Below are positions 60,870 through 64,000 of a stretch of DNA of 64,000 nucleotides, in pieces. A model generated the notes under the pieces. That model saw only the letters and a list, made by a program, of their open reading frames with translations. It was not told where the DNA came from and did no database searches. Source of the stretch: Microthyrium microscopicum (lineage: Eukaryota); the NCBI GenBank assembly GCA_010405405.1, contig MU004234.1:478993-542992 (forward strand). Reading direction: 5' to 3'. The position numbers and the translations under genes were made by a program. Within the stretch, counting starts at the first letter, position 1. The number at the start of each line of letters is the position of its first letter.

Positions 60870-62152
60870 CCTCAGATATCAACTCTTTGGTGGCGGATGA
60901 CTCTGTATTGGGACAACAGCGTGAAGCGTGAAGCAAGTGGATCATTGGTTAGTGTTTGATAACAAGGATTGAGGTTTGTGAACTTCTCTCATGGAGCGTA
61001 TTCGAGACGTATGAAATGATTGACGAGCTCAAGGAGGAAGACTTATTTATCAGGAACAGCTCCGTTATTTAATTGTCGGCTGAATGAGGAAAGCAACTTC
61101 GCGGAGATGGATTGCTTTGCATCGACGTAATACTTTGAGGCGGATTTTTTTGTGACAATATGAGTAATAGTAGGAAATTCAACGCATTTTGAAGTACTTG
61201 CCCGATTGAATACACTAATTGTCCTTATGAGTCCATGTACCGCAATATTGCCTCATCACGCTATCTGGAAGCTTTCTTTACTCACAGAAGACCTCTATCA
61301 AATTGTGCCTATAGCAATCCAAAGACCCGACTTGTTGGTTTGTATACAATGCAAAACTTCAAATCATAGGCGTAACCAGCGGGTGGATACATATATAGCT
61401 GAAAAAAGCTATTCTTTCATTATGTTACCAACTTCGGGCACCAAATCATGCGTGATTGTTGATAACTGAATCTTAACATAAAAACCCCGGGGCAATGTTT
61501 ATCTTTTGTCGCGTAAAAAAGTCATGTCGGTCGCCGCTTCCATTATTGATTTATTGGTACGTTATGCTCAGAATGCCTAAAGTCTTGACGATTGAAAAGG
61601 ATCTTTACTGAACGACAAGTACTTCAGGTGCGAAACACAAACTTGGACGAATCGTACATAGATGGAGGTATTAAGTGTGGTTTGGGTTGTTCTTGCTGTC
61701 CTCGATACAACTTACTTCCTGGGGAAGGTATCGAGGCACCTCTTTCTTGAACTTTGACAAGTTTCGCTCTTCCCTTTTTGTAGCGTAGCTTGCCCTCTAG
61801 ATTCTTTCTTGCTTTTGCCTACCTCTTCATCTTATATACCTTCAAATCACTACTTCTTCGAATCTTTCAACCACCACCGGTTATCAAAATCCATCACCGC
61901 CCTTCACAAGAACATAGCCGGGGCAAAGCAATCGGTAAGATCTTCTTATGATAAATCACAGCTCTTGACAACCTTCGAAAGCTTCAGAAGTAGCGATGGC
62001 CGCCATCGTATTGCATCGCTTTCATAGCTTGTATTGCTGGTCGAATGTTATGGTGCCCATCGAATAGAATGGGCCTATAACATACGACCTACTTTCGAGC
62101 AAATGCTTAACTTGACCCTTCTTCTTCAACTTATGCTAACATCTTACAGGCA

Positions 62153-63358
62153 ATGGCCATGACCTCCTGCTGCGGAGACCAAGCGGGTCGGTGTGATGTT
62201 CATCGACCAGTGCAACCGCTGGCGCCAACTGCATTGACTTGCGAAAACTACAAATACAGAAAAAACCCTGAACATCACTTGCTCAACGTGCCAACCGAGA
62301 TTCGTCTACTCATCTGTGAGAATCTCTCGCTTGCTTCACGTTGCGCCCTCGCACTTACCTGCAAGGGGCTAAAAGATGAGCTGTCACTAGAATTTTGGCC
62401 GAGCCTAGATACAAATCATACGGAGATGGTAAGCTTTTCCTGTTCCGAGCCCGCTCCCCTCGAAGCCGTACGAATATACCAAAACCCGTGGTGGTTGCTA
62501 ACACTTTCAATGGCTCCCATGGCACGCGCTTCAAATCAAATGCTGTGGTATCCATTGACCTACCAAATGCATTCGCTTCCAACTTTTTCAATAGGCTTGC
62601 ACGAATATCATTGTGTGATCTTGTACTAACACATTTGCCAGGACATGTTCTTGAATATGTTACGAAAGGACATTCCAGATACATTCGTTTGCGGCGGCTG
62701 GGACGGCTGTCACCAGCTCGAATATGCGCCATATACGCTCAGCGTTGACGGTCCCAGTCTTGGAGCCTACCCAAGCACGCCAGTCCATGGCCGCGACCTG
62801 GCATTCGACAATTTCTATCATGCCCCAGCCACGCATATCCAGCGCTGGAAAGAAGACCAAATCTGCCCCGAATACTTTTACTGCAGCACCACTCTCACCT
62901 TCCACGCTGGAGATTCACAATACCTGGGGAGTGTGAAGTACTTCATCAACGAATTTGAAGGTCGCAACTATCTATTCCGGAAATACCGTCTACCGATCGT
63001 GGAAGGCAAGCCAATCACTATTGTATCCAACGCTGGATCCAATAGCCCAGTAGGCATCGAAATGTGCAAACACAACAAACTCAAATGGCTCATGAAGCGA
63101 GCGCTACCTCCAGTCTTCCTGAATGGTCCAGCATTCCCCAACGGTACCCTGGCGTGCTGGACTGGCCGGACACTTATGCAAGATAGCTTCATCGTTCTCG
63201 ACCGAAGCCTGGGAATATTTGGGGCCACGCGAAAGGTGCACACGTATGAGTGTGACTGCGGTGCTTTTGCTGAGATCAAAGATGTGGAGAATATAGAGGA
63301 TACTCATGCCGAATGTGTTTTTGCTACACCGCTTAAGGAGTCAATGGATTCGCAGTAA
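62153..63358 (+). CDS. F-box protein, paralog of the 59940 gene, about 330 aa
   Basis: HHLLNVPTEIRLLICENLSLASRCALALTCKGL; intron 62429-62641 joins in frame to DMFLNMLRKDIPDTFVC; shares DNFYH, YxCST, YLxRKYRLPI and CxHxxLK with its neighbour. Confidence 0.8.
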
Positions 63359-63749
63359 TAACGACACTCTCTCATCGACTGCTACATTAGTCATCGTAGC
63401 TTTCGGGAGTATTGTCGGAATTACACGTACAGAATAGACTTTATGCTCCATCTCATCCTGTGGCTGATTTCGCATCTAATATCCAACGTGATCGCTGTTG
63501 TGTGCGGCACGCTACTCATTGACTGGTAAAATAAGGACTGCATAATGAATTATAGTATATCACAGCCAGCGAAGCTGCTGGGGAGAAGACCACTATTCAT
63601 AAAATCCATTGATTGTTTGCGTCAGTATCTGACTTGTAGAAACACATATGACTCCAATATCTACCAGCCGACCCATGATACTCTGCCATAACTCCATTTT
63701 CAAAACCGAGTAACCCCATACAACAACCCCCACTACGATAAACTCACAC

Positions 63750-64000
63750 TCACAGCTTAGCAGTCAACCTATTCTCCCTCAAAAACTCCCCCGCCTCCTT
63801 CGCCGCCTCCTGCGCCACCCTTACAAAATCAATCACTGGCGCCACCAGAATAATATCATGCGGCGCACCCTCCTTCACCACCAACTGCACACTCGCGCCC
63901 TTGGCTCTGAACTCCTCCGCAATCTGCACATTATCATCATACAACACCTCCGCGCGTCCCGTCTGGACGAAGATTGGTGATTTGCTTTCAAAGGCGTTGC
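63750..64000 (-). CDS. Alpha/beta hydrolase (HSL-like esterase/lipase), C-terminal part only
   Basis: PIFVQTGRAEVLYDD...VQLVVKEGAPHDII (catalytic acid and His region); runs off the window edge. Confidence 0.75.
   Translation of the reverse strand, partial: NAFESKSPIFVQTGRAEVLYDDNVQIAEEFRAKGASVQLVVKEGAPHDIILVAPVIDFVRVAQEAAKEAGEFLRENRLTAKL

Overview
Gene-dense 64-kb window from a filamentous ascomycete (Pezizomycotina; short GT-AG introns with CTRAC branch sites, active RIP). Conserved genes (SDR mannitol/L-xylulose reductase, purine nucleoside permease, Smr protein, AKR7-like reductase, BTB protein, Nup188, Spf30, Yap1-like bZIP) alternate with accessory genes: two HET-domain genes, a fungal SLATT 2TM effector, an intronless LRR gene, a UGT, HsbA, a MYND protein and four F-box loci, three of them a tandem paralog array that includes a pseudogene. 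Three DNA-transposon relics can be delimited to the base: a 340-bp TA-flanked MITE upstream of HET1, a RIP-destroyed 4.26-kb Mutator (9-bp TSD, 83-bp TIRs) and a 1.12-kb hAT-like element nested in its left TIR (8-bp TSD). Best speculative leads: a convergent SLATT/HET pair with a nearby LRR gene (possible nucleotide-signalling cell-death module) and two near-perfect 21-27 bp hairpins (3' of HET1 and in a long MYND intron). All family assignments come from motif recognition by eye; no searches were run.
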